Shown here: positions 47,341-47,476 of the stretch, in pieces
How positions within the stretch are numbered: position 1 is the stretch's first letter
Layout: each line of letters opens with the position of its first letter
Assembly (NCBI RefSeq): GCF_001194135.2
Contig: NC_068986.1
Location: 10,107,756-10,155,231 of the forward strand
Length of the DNA: 47,476 bases
Source: Octopus bimaculoides
Lineage: Eukaryota
Reading direction: 5' to 3'
Made by a program: the position numbers and the translations under genes
The notes under the pieces: model-generated
Told to the model about the DNA's origin: nothing
Database searches by the model: none
The model's input: only the letters and a program-made list of their open reading frames with translations

Positions 47341-47476
47341 GGTTGTTGTTGTTGTTGTTGTTGTTGTGGCTCTCCCAAATTGTCCCTTTGTGATTCTCCG
47401 CTCAAGCAGAAACATACCTGGCTAATTACTCTGCTTTCCAACCTGCTGCTTTTTTTAATCAGATCCCCCCCCCCCC

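Overview
Eukaryotic, repeat-saturated, mostly non-coding DNA. The interspersed repeats and the very high microsatellite load look like an octopus (Octopus bimaculoides-type) draft assembly. That assignment is from recall of these repeat families, not a search. About 4.3 kb (~9%) is N in 15 gaps, many flanked by (TA)n or (CA)n. Nearly all ORFs in the supplied track are artefacts of microsatellites or gaps. Supported content: (i) several tRNA-derived SINE families with shared modules (called A, C1/C2, E, F, G here); (ii) two 5'-truncated RTE-clade LINE copies plus about 11 orphan copies of their (GAT)n-tailed 3' end; (iii) two adjacent R4/Dong-like fragments ending in (TAA)n; (iv) non-autonomous DNA transposons: two mariner derivatives, a piggyBac-like MITE, a Helitron-like element and a 716-bp TIR element carrying a decayed SAP + SWIM-like ORF; (v) degenerate hammerhead-ribozyme-like motifs, one inside a palindromic tRNA-headed element. 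No complete host gene is visible. One good plus-strand exon candidate (42437-42496), a few weak ones and a drop in CpG after ~9.5 kb suggest most of the window may be intronic. There is no CRISPR array, rRNA or intact tRNA gene. I found no strong evidence for a wholly new biological system. The best leads are the tRNA-head/hammerhead foldback element, the SAP-SWIM TIR element and the modular RTE 3' UTR.
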